DNA of 49,929 nt from Kangiella sp. (GCA_002733465.1 NVVT01000011.1:91048-140976), one strand, 5' to 3'. Shown: positions 9,334-19,007, numbered from the stretch's first letter. The notes: generated by a model from the sequence alone, not told the origin. Program-made: numbers and translations.

Positions 9334-9792
9334 GTGATAAAAATGCAACATATGATTGAATTAGACCGAATTAATGAGAATATATTGTGTGAACTCGAAA
9401 AGAATGCTCGAGTAACCAATACCGATCTTGCCAGTATCGTTGGACTATCTCCTTCAGCCTGCTTACGGCGAGTACAAGATTTAGAAAAAATAGGTGTTAT
9501 AAAAGGTTATCATGCAACAATTGATAGAGCACAATTAGGCATAGGTTGCATTGCTTATGTTGCAGTCGGTTTATGCGATCACACAAAGAAATCTCAACTA
9601 GCTTTTGAACAAGCTATTGTAGGCTCGAAAGAAGTAAGAGAATGTCATAATATTACTGGCGCTTACGAATATCTATTGCGTGTTGAAACAACGAATTTAG
9701 TTACTTATAAAGCATTCCATACTGATACTTTAGGCGTTTTACCACAAGTTAATTCTATAACGACTTTTATTGTTATGGAATCAGCCAAATAA
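9334..9792 (+). CDS. Lrp/AsnC-family transcriptional regulator
   Basis: LDRINENILCELEKNARVTNTDLASIVGLSPSACLRRVQDLEKIGVIKGY is the AsnC-type HTH. The C-terminal RAM domain includes ECHNITGAYEYLLRV. The start could be GTG 9334, ATG 9343 or ATG 9352. Confidence 0.9.
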   Translation: MIKMQHMIELDRINENILCELEKNARVTNTDLASIVGLSPSACLRRVQDLEKIGVIKGYHATIDRAQLGIGCIAYVAVGLCDHTKKSQLAFEQAIVGSKEVRECHNITGAYEYLLRVETTNLVTYKAFHTDTLGVLPQVNSITTFIVMESAK

Positions 9793-9843
9793 TTTGTCTG
9801 TAAAATTTTAAAAAATATATAGAGCTAGTCATAAAGGACACAA

Positions 9844-10623
9844 ATGAAAACAAAAAAAGAAATTGTAGAAAACTGGTTACCCCGCTATACGGGCTTAAAA
9901 CTTGAAGAATTTGGCGAATATATTCTGCTAACAAATTTTCATAATTACATCGAGTTATTCGCAAAAAAATTCGATACCAAAGTGCATGGCGAAGATAAAC
10001 CAATGCAAACGGCAACTTCTAATGGCATTACCATTATCAATTTTGGAATGGGTAGCGCGATGGCCGCCACGGTCATGGATTTACTTAGCGCCGTCTCACC
10101 AAAAGCTGTTTTATTTTTAGGTAAATGTGGCGGGCTAAAACGCAAAAATAAAGTGGGCGATTTAGTTCTACCTATTGCAGGCATACGAGGGGAAGGAACG
10201 AGCAACGACTACTTACCTCCTGAAGTTCCAGCGCTTCCTTCGTTTCGCCTTCAACGTGCCGTTTCTTCAGTTATCATAAAACAAGAATTAGATTATTGGA
10301 CAGGAACCGTTTATACAACTAATCGTAGAGTTTGGGAACATGATGATGATTTTAAAAAATACCTAAGGAAAACACGAGCAATGGCAGTTGATATGGAAAC
10401 TGCCACTATTTTTACGGTGGGTTTTGTCAATGAAATTCCGCGCGGTGCATTACTTTTAATCTCAGATAGCCCAATGACACCAGACGGAGTAAAAACCTCA
10501 GATAGTGATAAACAAGTTAGTTCTGATTTTGTGACCAATCACTTGCAAATAGGGATTGATGCTTTGTTGGAGTTAAAAGACTCCGGTGAATCGGTTAAAC
10601 ATATGCGCTATTCTGAAGAGTAA
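9844..10623 (+). CDS. Nucleoside phosphorylase-fold enzyme, short AMP-nucleosidase-like (catalytic domain only)
   Basis: It carries the PNP_UDP_1-type motifs INFGMGSAMAATVMDLL, FLGKCGGL and AVDMETATIF. At 259 aa it lacks the long N-terminal regulatory domain of E. coli Amn. Confidence 0.7.
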   Translation: MKTKKEIVENWLPRYTGLKLEEFGEYILLTNFHNYIELFAKKFDTKVHGEDKPMQTATSNGITIINFGMGSAMAATVMDLLSAVSPKAVLFLGKCGGLKRKNKVGDLVLPIAGIRGEGTSNDYLPPEVPALPSFRLQRAVSSVIIKQELDYWTGTVYTTNRRVWEHDDDFKKYLRKTRAMAVDMETATIFTVGFVNEIPRGALLLISDSPMTPDGVKTSDSDKQVSSDFVTNHLQIGIDALLELKDSGESVKHMRYSEE

Positions 10624-10680
10624 GATAAGCCAGAAGATTAAAATGCCTCTGAAAATAAGATCTCTCTGAAAATTAAACAA

Positions 10681-10704
10681 CCTTCTCCTTTTTACTAGAG
10701 AAGG
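10681..10704 (-). terminator. Hairpin downstream of the PKD/beta-helix gene, between convergent genes
   Basis: CCTTCTC-N10-GAGAAGG forms a 7-bp stem. On the minus strand it is followed by TTGTTTAATTTT. Confidence 0.4.
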
Positions 10705-10720
10705 TCAAAATAATTGAGTT

Positions 10721-13654
10721 CTACTCAACCAACTGAATACCTCCTAAATCCGGCAGGTTGCCATTAGCATCTATCGAGTTAATACCCGGGATTAAAATTC
10801 CAGCGTCAACAGCAGGGCTACCCACCGTTAAAGTATAATCTCCAGTCGATTGATTAACAAATTCCGGCGACCCTTCTATACAGTTTTCGCAAACGCCAGA
10901 CGCTGCAAAGTAATCCGAAATATCAAAATAATCCTCACCTTGCCACTGTGCAGGTATACCAGAATCTGAAAATAGTAAATCATAATCCTGCACCCAATCA
11001 AGCGTAGCCGCATTATCTAAAAAGTAATAAATGGCATATTGATCGCCAGACCAAATATTATTTTTCATTACCAATTTAGTCCAATCAGCATCATTGGAAA
11101 CTGAAAAGGCATCATGACCTGTTTCTGTTGTAGTGCCTGTATTGTGATAGATAAAAATATCGCCATAAACTTCATCACCAAAACTAAATTTAACCGCTCC
11201 GGTTTCCCATTCAGTATTAGCGAGATTTTTTAAATCTACCATTAGGTTATCAATAATATAAGTTGGTCCTGCTAAAGCTGGAGCAACAGAAACACCGATT
11301 AATAAAGATTCAAAACGATTATTCTGAATTCGCACATTTGACGAATATCCATCGGTTTCTACACCATCATCGGATAAACTAATAAACCGATTATCAACTA
11401 CATCAGAGTTGCTTGGAATGGTCAAAATTTCAGCGCCTACAATTTTTACACCGTCAAACATTTCATGCACATAATTATCATAGAAGATGGTTCCATATCC
11501 TGTGTATTCATCATTAGAAATATAAAGCGCGCCTCTTTCTAACCAATAATTATCATCTTTCACAGAGTTCCAATCCATTGTGTGCACGCCTTGATCGGAG
11601 AACTCATTTCCCATAACTACTAGGTCAACCACTTTTGATTCTAATCGTATAGCTGTTTGGCTATGTTTAAATCGATTATTTACAATCCAGATTTGATGAG
11701 ATTGATCTGTGATATGAACAGAGGCTGCATGCTCAGCAGAATTATAATTATCAATGGTTAATCCATCAAAAACGATGTTATTCACATCATTCATAATAAA
11801 CGCATGTTTAAGATTGGAAACACTCATTTCATGACCCGTTGGGCTCGATCTATTTGGGAATCTTGCAAAGACTTTTTGTGTTGATGCTTCGGAATAAAAA
11901 CCACCCACATCTTCACCAAGTGCAGAGGACTCTAAATCTGACATTGAAAAATATTTCCACATTCGATTACCATCAAATCCAACATAATAAGTTTCATTAT
12001 TTGGACTATCTAGCGGAGCGCTATAAATATCATTACCTTCACTGCTCCAAGCCGATGCATCAAGCGTATTGGCATCAACGCCACTTAATATAACTTCGCC
12101 ATCACCCGCAGATTTAATGATTGTATAGGCTTGCGATAAGCTATCGCGATTTGCTGGAATAACCACATGTTCATGGTAAGTACCCGTATGAATCAATAAA
12201 GTATCTCCAACAGTTAATTGATCCACACCTTTTTGAATAGTTTCATAGGGTGCTCCATTAGAGCCATTTCCAGTTGAGTCATCGCCGGTTGTCGCTACGT
12301 GAATTTCATTTCCCGTTGAAGTGGGAACCTGACGACTTCTTGCTGTAATGCTTGCCGTTTGCACACCATTATCGACACCATCCGGATCACTAATAGTCAC
12401 TCTCACTTCAACCGTTGCCTCTTCTGGAACAGAAAATACACTTCCAACAAATCGACTAGGATAAGCACCATACTGACTAACCACTATAAAAACTCTAGAT
12501 AAATCATGAACTGGAACGAATCCCGCACCGTTTATATTGGCTTCCATAGAGGCGGTCGCGTTATTATTATCATCACCGGTATAATCGACTTGTATACCAA
12601 TATTATGAAAGGTTGCATGAATACTAATGCCCGTCGCAGTGAGTGAATTTGGCCCGCCTCCTCCGCCATTAGATGCGGTGACAGTAACGCTATCTAAAGC
12701 ACTATCAACCGTTCCATCATTAACGATTAACTCCACTATATAATCACCAACTAAATCCGCGGTAAAAGACGGATTGACTAAACTTGTATCAGAAAGTTGC
12801 GCAGAACTACCACTTGGCTTAATTGTCATGCTCCATTGATAGGTTAAGCTATCACCGTCCGGATCAGAACTAGCACTCGCCGATAAATTAACCGATGCGC
12901 CAGTAGTCACAGATTGATCGCTTCCGGCATTCGCGCTAGGTGATTGATTACCACCGCTACTTTGTGATGCCGTGACGGTTAACGTATCTGATGTACTATC
13001 AACCATTCCATCATTCACAATTAATTGAACGACATAATCACCTGCAAGATCCGCGGTAAAGGTTGGGTTAATCACCGAGCTATCCGAAAGCTCAGCATTA
13101 CTGCTAGCGGGCTTACTACTAATACTCCATTGATAAGTCAATGTATCACCATCAGGGTCACTGCTAGCACCTCCCGATAAAGCAACAACTGCATTTGTAT
13201 CAACCGTTTGATCAGCTCCACCATTTGCAATAGGTGTTTGGTTACTTGATTGTGCATTAACTGTGATGGTCAGCGTATCGGCTGAACTATCAAGGGTGCC
13301 ATCGTTAACAATGAGCTGAATAATATAATCACCGACCGAATCCGGTGTAAAAGTTGGGTTAACGATTGTAGAACTTGAAAGTTGCGAGCTAGTACCAGAA
13401 GGTTGTGAAGTGATACTCCACAAGTAAGTCAAAGTATCTCCATCTGGATCAGAACTTGCACTAGCGCTTAAATTAGTTTCGCTATTAACAGAGACAGTCT
13501 GATCGTTACCAGCACTTGCGGTTGGTGCCCGATTGGTTGAGCCACCATCGTCATTATCGTCGTCGTCGGAGCCACCAGAACTGCAAGCGCTGACTCCAAT
13601 TAATAAGATAATAGTAATAAAAATAACGGGCAATTGTTTTATCAGGTAATACAT
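10721..13654 (-). CDS. Surface lipoprotein with three PKD domains and a right-handed parallel beta-helix (polysaccharide lyase/glycosidase-like) C-terminal region
   Basis: A lipobox is present (LLIGVSAC) followed by an acidic linker (SDDDDNDDGG). There are three PKD-type repeats (SSDPDGDTLTY-W). The beta-helix repeats contain N-rich turns (VNNRF, QNNRF, DNYV, DNLM). Length is 977 aa. Confidence 0.85.
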   Translation of the reverse strand: MYYLIKQLPVIFITIILLIGVSACSSGGSDDDDNDDGGSTNRAPTASAGNDQTVSVNSETNLSASASSDPDGDTLTYLWSITSQPSGTSSQLSSSTIVNPTFTPDSVGDYIIQLIVNDGTLDSSADTLTITVNAQSSNQTPIANGGADQTVDTNAVVALSGGASSDPDGDTLTYQWSISSKPASSNAELSDSSVINPTFTADLAGDYVVQLIVNDGMVDSTSDTLTVTASQSSGGNQSPSANAGSDQSVTTGASVNLSASASSDPDGDSLTYQWSMTIKPSGSSAQLSDTSLVNPSFTADLVGDYIVELIVNDGTVDSALDSVTVTASNGGGGGPNSLTATGISIHATFHNIGIQVDYTGDDNNNATASMEANINGAGFVPVHDLSRVFIVVSQYGAYPSRFVGSVFSVPEEATVEVRVTISDPDGVDNGVQTASITARSRQVPTSTGNEIHVATTGDDSTGNGSNGAPYETIQKGVDQLTVGDTLLIHTGTYHEHVVIPANRDSLSQAYTIIKSAGDGEVILSGVDANTLDASAWSSEGNDIYSAPLDSPNNETYYVGFDGNRMWKYFSMSDLESSALGEDVGGFYSEASTQKVFARFPNRSSPTGHEMSVSNLKHAFIMNDVNNIVFDGLTIDNYNSAEHAASVHITDQSHQIWIVNNRFKHSQTAIRLESKVVDLVVMGNEFSDQGVHTMDWNSVKDDNYWLERGALYISNDEYTGYGTIFYDNYVHEMFDGVKIVGAEILTIPSNSDVVDNRFISLSDDGVETDGYSSNVRIQNNRFESLLIGVSVAPALAGPTYIIDNLMVDLKNLANTEWETGAVKFSFGDEVYGDIFIYHNTGTTTETGHDAFSVSNDADWTKLVMKNNIWSGDQYAIYYFLDNAATLDWVQDYDLLFSDSGIPAQWQGEDYFDISDYFAASGVCENCIEGSPEFVNQSTGDYTLTVGSPAVDAGILIPGINSIDANGNLPDLGGIQLVE
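12671..13531 (-). repeat. Three tandem PKD-domain coding repeats (about 96 aa, about 290 nt each)
   Basis: aa 42-133, 139-229 and 237-328 share A-x-AG-x-DQ-x-V...SASASSDPDGD-x-LTY-x-WS...NP-x-FT-x-D-x-GDY-x-x-x-LIVNDG-x-x-DS-x-x-D-x-x-T-x-T. Confidence 0.85.
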
Positions 13655-13848
13655 ATAAATACAAACTCCAACAATAAACTTAACAATCTAAAATATAAAA
13701 TATGAGAAACTAACGACTTCACCTTAATTCATATAACACCTGCAATATGGTGATTGGTTCTCATTAATAAAAACTGATTCTTATGAATAAATTAAATCGC
13801 TAACATGATTAGGGAGGAACAGTGTGAACTAAAAGGGATTACGAGGGT

Positions 13849-13886
13849 TTTTCTCAAACATTAAATCTTTTTAATGTTTGAGAAAA
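13849..13886. repeat. Perfect 17-bp inverted repeat with a 4-nt loop, in the intergenic region between the DsbA-like gene and the PKD lipoprotein gene
   Basis: The sequence is TTTTCTCAAACATTAAA-TCTT-TTTAATGTTTGAGAAAA. No U-tract follows on either strand, so it is either an atypical terminator or a protein-binding palindrome. Confidence 0.5.
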
Positions 13887-13977
13887 TTAATTGCATATAA
13901 CGACGATTGGTTATTTTTCTCTTATTGAATGACTAATTAAACCATCAAAAATTTATTACATTGACAAAGTTTTCTGC

Positions 13978-14604
13978 CTAGTTTTTCTTTAATAATTTTT
14001 CAACTTTTTTAAGCATGTTTGTTTCGTTTAAATAATCAATCGCTATTGGTGTAATAGCTCCATTAATTTGCATCGCCAAACTAGGGAAACTATTCAACCC
14101 TAATTCTCTGCATAATCTAATCTCATTGATTAATTCATTTTGTACTTCTTGAGAATCTAAATCAACTTCAAATTTATTCACATCTAGTTCAATCTCCCTC
14201 GCAAATTCAATTAGTGTATTTTTATCTGACGGATTTTTAGCCTCCAAATAATACCCTTGTTGAATTCTTACTATCATCAGCTCTTCAAATATTTTTCCTT
14301 GCTTACGAGCGGCAATCACGGCGCGGTTAGACGGATAGGTTGATCGTCGAGGTTGACATAGTTTCCAAAACTCAAAGTTAAATTCTGTGTCAGGAATTGC
14401 CTCTTGGATTTTCCTCCATGTTTGTTGTAGCATTAATTGCATAGGTTCGGCCATAGGCTGATCGGAATCTGGAGCTAACCCGCCCAATAATATTTTCACA
14501 TCTAAATTGCTCGGAAGAGCTCCAAATAACGCTTTTCTAACGGGCTCAAATCCCCAACACCAGCTACACATTGGATCATGACTATAAATTAGATAATTTT
14601 CCAT
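13978..14604 (-). CDS. DsbA-family thioredoxin-fold protein (cytoplasmic, no signal peptide)
   Basis: A CxxC active site sits near the N-terminus (DPMCSWCWGFEP). The size, 208 aa, is typical of the family. Confidence 0.75.
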   Translation of the reverse strand: MENYLIYSHDPMCSWCWGFEPVRKALFGALPSNLDVKILLGGLAPDSDQPMAEPMQLMLQQTWRKIQEAIPDTEFNFEFWKLCQPRRSTYPSNRAVIAARKQGKIFEELMIVRIQQGYYLEAKNPSDKNTLIEFAREIELDVNKFEVDLDSQEVQNELINEIRLCRELGLNSFPSLAMQINGAITPIAIDYLNETNMLKKVEKLLKKN

Positions 14605-14752
14605 ATTTCACAAAATTTCCAAATGTTAGAGAAAAATAGGCTTAAATCAATAGATTCAGGCCTAATGTTCGTAATTAATAGTGATAAGACGCTGAAATTT
14701 TACTATAGTTAATAGACGTATCTCCATTAAATACAGGAATATTTTACTCCTA

Positions 14753-16285
14753 ATGTTTCAATCTTCATTTATTACTCGCTGTATTGCCATTTGCTTAATT
14801 TGTTCTATCATAAACGTCGCCAAAGCCAGCGAAAAAGCAACGGTGATTTTTGCCGGCGAAATGACCGAAATAGCGTCCGAAGTAAAAGGCGGTTATGCAG
14901 AGCTTGCCACTCTTCTAAAACAAAAAAGAAAATCCTCTATACCTACCTTCTTTTTATTTGGTGGTGGCAGTTTAGGTCCTAGCACTCTGTCATCTCTAGA
15001 TAGAGGCACTCATATTATTGATCTACTTAACAGCTTAGAACCTGATGCAATGGGAGTGGCCAATAGAGAGTTTAGTTTTTTAGAAGATGAGCTATCTCTT
15101 CGTTCTTATGAAGCTGCCTTTCCTTTAATTGCTAGTAACTTAACGGATAAATTTACTCTTAAAAACCTTGATGGGCTTATTGAAAACACTATCGTACAAC
15201 AAGGGAAATATAGAATTGGCATATTGTCTATTCTCGATAATCGTGTCATAGAGGAATTTGCTGTATCAAGAATAACCATTACCAACCCAAGAACAGCACT
15301 TGAAAAACAATCAAAATTTTTACGAGAAAAAGGTGTCGATCTCATTGCACTAACGTATTCCTCACCTGCTCTACCAATTAGAGAATATTTACACGATGGG
15401 TTAATTGATTTTAGTTTGCGACGCAATGAACATTCAACACCAGAAAATTTTACAAATGGCGAACATCACCCAAATGACGTATTGCTGATTAATCCCGCAA
15501 AGGTAGCCATTATTGATTTAGAGTGGACTAAAAATAAACCAAATTCGCTTAAACTCAATTGGTCTTCTAAAGACCTCAATTTATTTGCAAAAGATCCGCG
15601 GGTTCTTGAACAAGTATTGGGACATACTGAAAGGTTAGCCTTTTTACTTAAACAGCCAATTGGCCTACTGACAACATCTATGAGTACCAAAATAAAAGAC
15701 GTTAGAACTAAAGAGAATGCCTTTGCCAATTTTATAGCTGATACACTGATCGATTATACTGGAGCTGATATTGCTCTAATTAATGGTGGCACTATTAGAG
15801 GCGAAAAATACTACAAAAAAAATTCAGTGATTCGTCGTAGCGACATAATTAAAGAGCTACCCTTTCGAAACAAAATAACATTGTTAGAGGTAACAGGAAA
15901 GCAACTCCGAATAGCACTTGAAAATGGTTTTAGTTTAATTGAACAATTTAAAGGACGCTTTCCTCAAATATCGGGCATGCAAATCAAATATGATTCATCT
16001 CGTCCAGCTGGTGAGCGGGTAGTATCCGTAAAAATTGATGAAAATGAGCTCGTGCTTGAAAAAACATATAAGTTAGTTACCACAGATTATCTTTCAGTAG
16101 GTGGCGATGGCTATGCAAGTTTTAGAAATTTAAAACAATTAAAATTTAACAATCAAATGTCACGATTAGTATCTGACGTTATTATTGATACTATCAAATC
16201 AAAAAAAGAAATCGCTGTTTCGATTGATTCACGTCTTGTGGATATCAGCAGTCCGGAAGTAAGTAAGTCTGGAAGTCTGGAATGA
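14753..16285 (+). CDS. Periplasmic 5-prime-nucleotidase/UshA-family homolog with a degenerate metallophosphoesterase active site
   Basis: It has a signal peptide and a conserved C-terminal 5-nucleotidase_C-type region (FANFIADTLIDYTGADIALINGGTIRG). The N-terminal metal-ligand motifs are replaced: FAGEMTE in place of HTNDxH, FGGGSLG in place of GGD, VANREF in place of GNHEF, and ALTYSS in place of ATHxG. The comparison is with E. coli UshA motifs recalled from memory. Confidence 0.75.
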   Translation: MFQSSFITRCIAICLICSIINVAKASEKATVIFAGEMTEIASEVKGGYAELATLLKQKRKSSIPTFFLFGGGSLGPSTLSSLDRGTHIIDLLNSLEPDAMGVANREFSFLEDELSLRSYEAAFPLIASNLTDKFTLKNLDGLIENTIVQQGKYRIGILSILDNRVIEEFAVSRITITNPRTALEKQSKFLREKGVDLIALTYSSPALPIREYLHDGLIDFSLRRNEHSTPENFTNGEHHPNDVLLINPAKVAIIDLEWTKNKPNSLKLNWSSKDLNLFAKDPRVLEQVLGHTERLAFLLKQPIGLLTTSMSTKIKDVRTKENAFANFIADTLIDYTGADIALINGGTIRGEKYYKKNSVIRRSDIIKELPFRNKITLLEVTGKQLRIALENGFSLIEQFKGRFPQISGMQIKYDSSRPAGERVVSVKIDENELVLEKTYKLVTTDYLSVGGDGYASFRNLKQLKFNNQMSRLVSDVIIDTIKSKKEIAVSIDSRLVDISSPEVSKSGSLE

Positions 16286-16310
16286 TTTTAGTAGGAACAT
16301 TATCCACAAA

Positions 16311-18017
16311 ATGATTAATAATAAAAGAATAGCCGATCAGTCGACAAGTAATGTCTCACAACAAAAATCTAATGTTAAACGAGTATCGTTAGCAACAATA
16401 TTCAGTGGTGTGTTTTTTAGCCTCGTTGTTATCCTTGTAGTAGTTAATATCATTATCTCTTCACGCTTATCTGATTTTCAATCAATCCTTTCTAAGCTGA
16501 CTGTTGATGTCCTGCCTAAGGTGACTATTTCAGGACAAACATTTGATCAAATTAGTCAATTAACTTATTTGACCGCTCGACTTTCTAGCTCACCCTCGCA
16601 AGCTTTTCGGTTAATAGCCTATCGAGATGTTAAAAATAAAATTGAACAAATTGAAAGCTTAGAGCTGGTATCTAATATCGATTCAGCTCTAATCAATCAG
16701 TTAGAATCTATTATTAGTGAATTAAGTGGACTAAACCGCCTAATAGAAAAGCGGATCAACATTCAAATTCAAATTAAATTCCAAGCCGAGAAGATGTATC
16801 AATTGCACTCAGATGTAATGTCAATATCGATTAATCAATTTTTAGCCAATCAAGCATTAAAAACCAACGAACAAATATACTACGCATGGATAGTGGGCTT
16901 TACCGAAATTGTAACTTTATCTAGTAAAGCTCTTGCGACTAATCGATTAAATGAAGTAAGACAAATATCAAATAGTATTAAAGATAAATTTAAAACGCTC
17001 AATAGAAATAGCAATTCACTTAACTTTGAAAGTAAGCAAAACACATTGGACTTGGTCAATCAATTAGAGAACGTGCTGGTCAATTTCGATGGAATGTTGC
17101 CAACAAAAATTAATGAACTAAGGAGTATTGGTCAGGCTATAGGGCGCAGTAATTTCGTTCATAATCTAGTAGTAGATTTTTCCCGACAAGTACAATTTCA
17201 ATCTCAGAATTTAAATGCTACGGTTCTAGAAAATGCGGAAGAAACGACAGAGCTTATAGAAAAAGAGTCTAATTTTATTAAATTAATGGCCGTTTTATCT
17301 ATTTTATTTTTAGTCGTCGCCACTTATTTTTTACATCAAAAAATAATTAAACGATTAGTTAGATTAAATTACCGAGTTTTAAATCGTATCAGCGGTGGTA
17401 GCTTAAATTTGAACTTGAAAGGAAATGATGAAATATCTGATATAGCACAATCGTTTAATTTGCTAATTGAAGAAATTGAAGAGCAAAAACAATCATTGCA
17501 CGAGTTATCTTTAACCGATGGTTTGACTGGCATAGCCAATAGACGCAGTCTTGATGAACATTTATCTAGCGTAATCAATATCGCCACTAAAAACAATTCA
17601 CATTTATCTTTTTTAATGATGGATATTGACTGCTTTAAAAATTTCAACGATCACTATGGTCATTTGGCCGGCGATGATTGCTTAAAAGACATCGTTAATG
17701 CGTTTAGAAACTCGCCATTAAGAAAAAAGGATTTTGTTGCGCGTTTTGGTGGAGAGGAATTTGTTATCATTCTCCCTGATACTAACTCCGAAGGTGCCGA
17801 AAAGATTGCCAAAGCAATGCTCAAAATTGTCTCATCTTTAAAAATTACCCATGAATGGAATTCGGCCTCACCTTACGTCACAATGAGTATTGGTGGTGCC
17901 AGTTTTGACCCTCAAAACCCTATCAGCGACGAAGCTTTACTTAATCAAGCTGATCAGGCATTGTACAGTGCGAAAGAACAAGGTAAAAATTGTTTTGTCA
18001 TGTTTAACGATAGCTAA
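16311..18017 (+). CDS. Membrane-bound diguanylate cyclase (TM, about 270-aa periplasmic helical sensor, TM, HAMP, GGDEF)
   Basis: Two TM helices are present (VFFSLVVILVVVNIIISS and LMAVLSILFLVVATYFL). The HAMP-like region is followed by LTGIANRR. The active-site motif is RFGGEEF, with an I-site RKKD five residues upstream. Confidence 0.9.
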   Translation: MINNKRIADQSTSNVSQQKSNVKRVSLATIFSGVFFSLVVILVVVNIIISSRLSDFQSILSKLTVDVLPKVTISGQTFDQISQLTYLTARLSSSPSQAFRLIAYRDVKNKIEQIESLELVSNIDSALINQLESIISELSGLNRLIEKRINIQIQIKFQAEKMYQLHSDVMSISINQFLANQALKTNEQIYYAWIVGFTEIVTLSSKALATNRLNEVRQISNSIKDKFKTLNRNSNSLNFESKQNTLDLVNQLENVLVNFDGMLPTKINELRSIGQAIGRSNFVHNLVVDFSRQVQFQSQNLNATVLENAEETTELIEKESNFIKLMAVLSILFLVVATYFLHQKIIKRLVRLNYRVLNRISGGSLNLNLKGNDEISDIAQSFNLLIEEIEEQKQSLHELSLTDGLTGIANRRSLDEHLSSVINIATKNNSHLSFLMMDIDCFKNFNDHYGHLAGDDCLKDIVNAFRNSPLRKKDFVARFGGEEFVIILPDTNSEGAEKIAKAMLKIVSSLKITHEWNSASPYVTMSIGGASFDPQNPISDEALLNQADQALYSAKEQGKNCFVMFNDS

Positions 18018-18111
18018 TTAAATCATTCAGAATCAGAGTTTAACAAGTTCGATTCTTATTTTTTTTAAAAAAAATATATACCCATTCCCACTCAATCAAT
18101 AGGATAAAAAT

Positions 18112-18492
18112 ATGTTCAGTCATATCATGGTCGGCGCTAACGACGTCGAAAAGTCAAAGAAATTTTATGATGCTATTTTAGCTACCATGGGATACAGACC
18201 CGGCGTGATCGATGAAAAAGGTCGCTGTTTCTATATGGATAAACGAGGCGTTTTTGCCATTAGTCAACCCATAGATGGTGAAGATGCGTGCCATGGCAAT
18301 GGAAGCACTATTGGATTTGCAGCGGAATCAACAGATATCGCCGATGCTTGGCATGCTGCCGGTCTTGCAAACGGTGGAATTGATTGTGAAGAACCGCCAG
18401 GATTAAGAGCAGGAACAATTGGTAATTTATATCTTGCCTATTTACGCGACCCGTCAGGCAATAAAGTATGCGCTCTTCACCGAGTGAGTTAA
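18112..18492 (+). CDS. VOC (glyoxalase/bleomycin-resistance/dioxygenase) family protein
   Basis: MFSHIMVGANDVEKSKKFYDAIL...YLRDPSGNKV is typical of small VOC proteins. Confidence 0.8.
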   Translation: MFSHIMVGANDVEKSKKFYDAILATMGYRPGVIDEKGRCFYMDKRGVFAISQPIDGEDACHGNGSTIGFAAESTDIADAWHAAGLANGGIDCEEPPGLRAGTIGNLYLAYLRDPSGNKVCALHRVS

Positions 18493-18497
18493 TATTC

Positions 18498-18534
18498 TTC
18501 AAGAAGAGAATCAAAACTTGTTTCTCTTCTTGAA
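18498..18534. terminator. Bidirectional hairpin terminator between convergent genes
   Basis: TTCAAGAAGAGAA-N11-TTCTCTTCTTGAA forms a perfect 13-bp stem. It lies 6 nt after the VOC stop and 12 nt after the stop of the converging membrane protein gene. Confidence 0.65.
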
Positions 18535-18545
18535 TTCTATTCAAA

Positions 18546-19007
18546 TTAAGAAATCCATCCTTTATTTTTAGCATTGTTTGATAGCCAGACTAACAACGCC
18601 GCTATTATCATTACCATACTCGGCATAATAGCTTGTCCAGGTCCGTATACAGTCATTGCATCTATCACAAAAAATGAATGATACATTTGGACAATTACAC
18701 CAACTAAAGAAAGCACAAGCACAGGAAAAGCAATCGCTTTTTTTAAAGCCAGTAATAGGCTTCCAGTCCCCCCACCAAGTACTGCGCAAGCAAATGCAAT
18801 AGTTGCCCACATGGGCACATTTTCATAGAGGTTTCTTTCTGCTTCCGGTAAAGCCGCTAACATTTCAGGTGTCATCATCATTTGTGCAGCAAATGCCATA
18901 ACACCTAATAAATTCCAAACCAAGGCCACCCAAGCAACAACGCTAAACCATCTTGGGATTTCACCTGTTATGTCATTATCTAGGAAATTTGATGCTTCAT
19001 CATTCAT
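18546..19007 (-). CDS. Integral membrane protein of unknown function (4 TM helices)
   Basis: Hydrophobic segments are VVAWVALVWNLLGVMAF, WATIAFACAVLGGGTG, FPVLVLSLVGVIV and MIIAALLVWL. Confidence 0.55.
   Translation of the reverse strand: MNDEASNFLDNDITGEIPRWFSVVAWVALVWNLLGVMAFAAQMMMTPEMLAALPEAERNLYENVPMWATIAFACAVLGGGTGSLLLALKKAIAFPVLVLSLVGVIVQMYHSFFVIDAMTVYGPGQAIMPSMVMIIAALLVWLSNNAKNKGWIS

Noticed and set aside
9773-10015. Minus-strand 80-aa ORF spanning the Lrp/nucleosidase intergenic region
   Set aside because: It overlaps the well-supported nucleosidase start and the Lrp stop. It has no SD and an implausible sequence.
18036-18075. GTTCGATTC sequence after the cyclase gene, considered as a tRNA T-arm or tRNA fragment
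   Set aside because: No acceptor, D or anticodon arms can be built around it. It is more simply a weak hairpin (AGAATC-N16-GATTCT) followed by a T-run, possibly a terminator.
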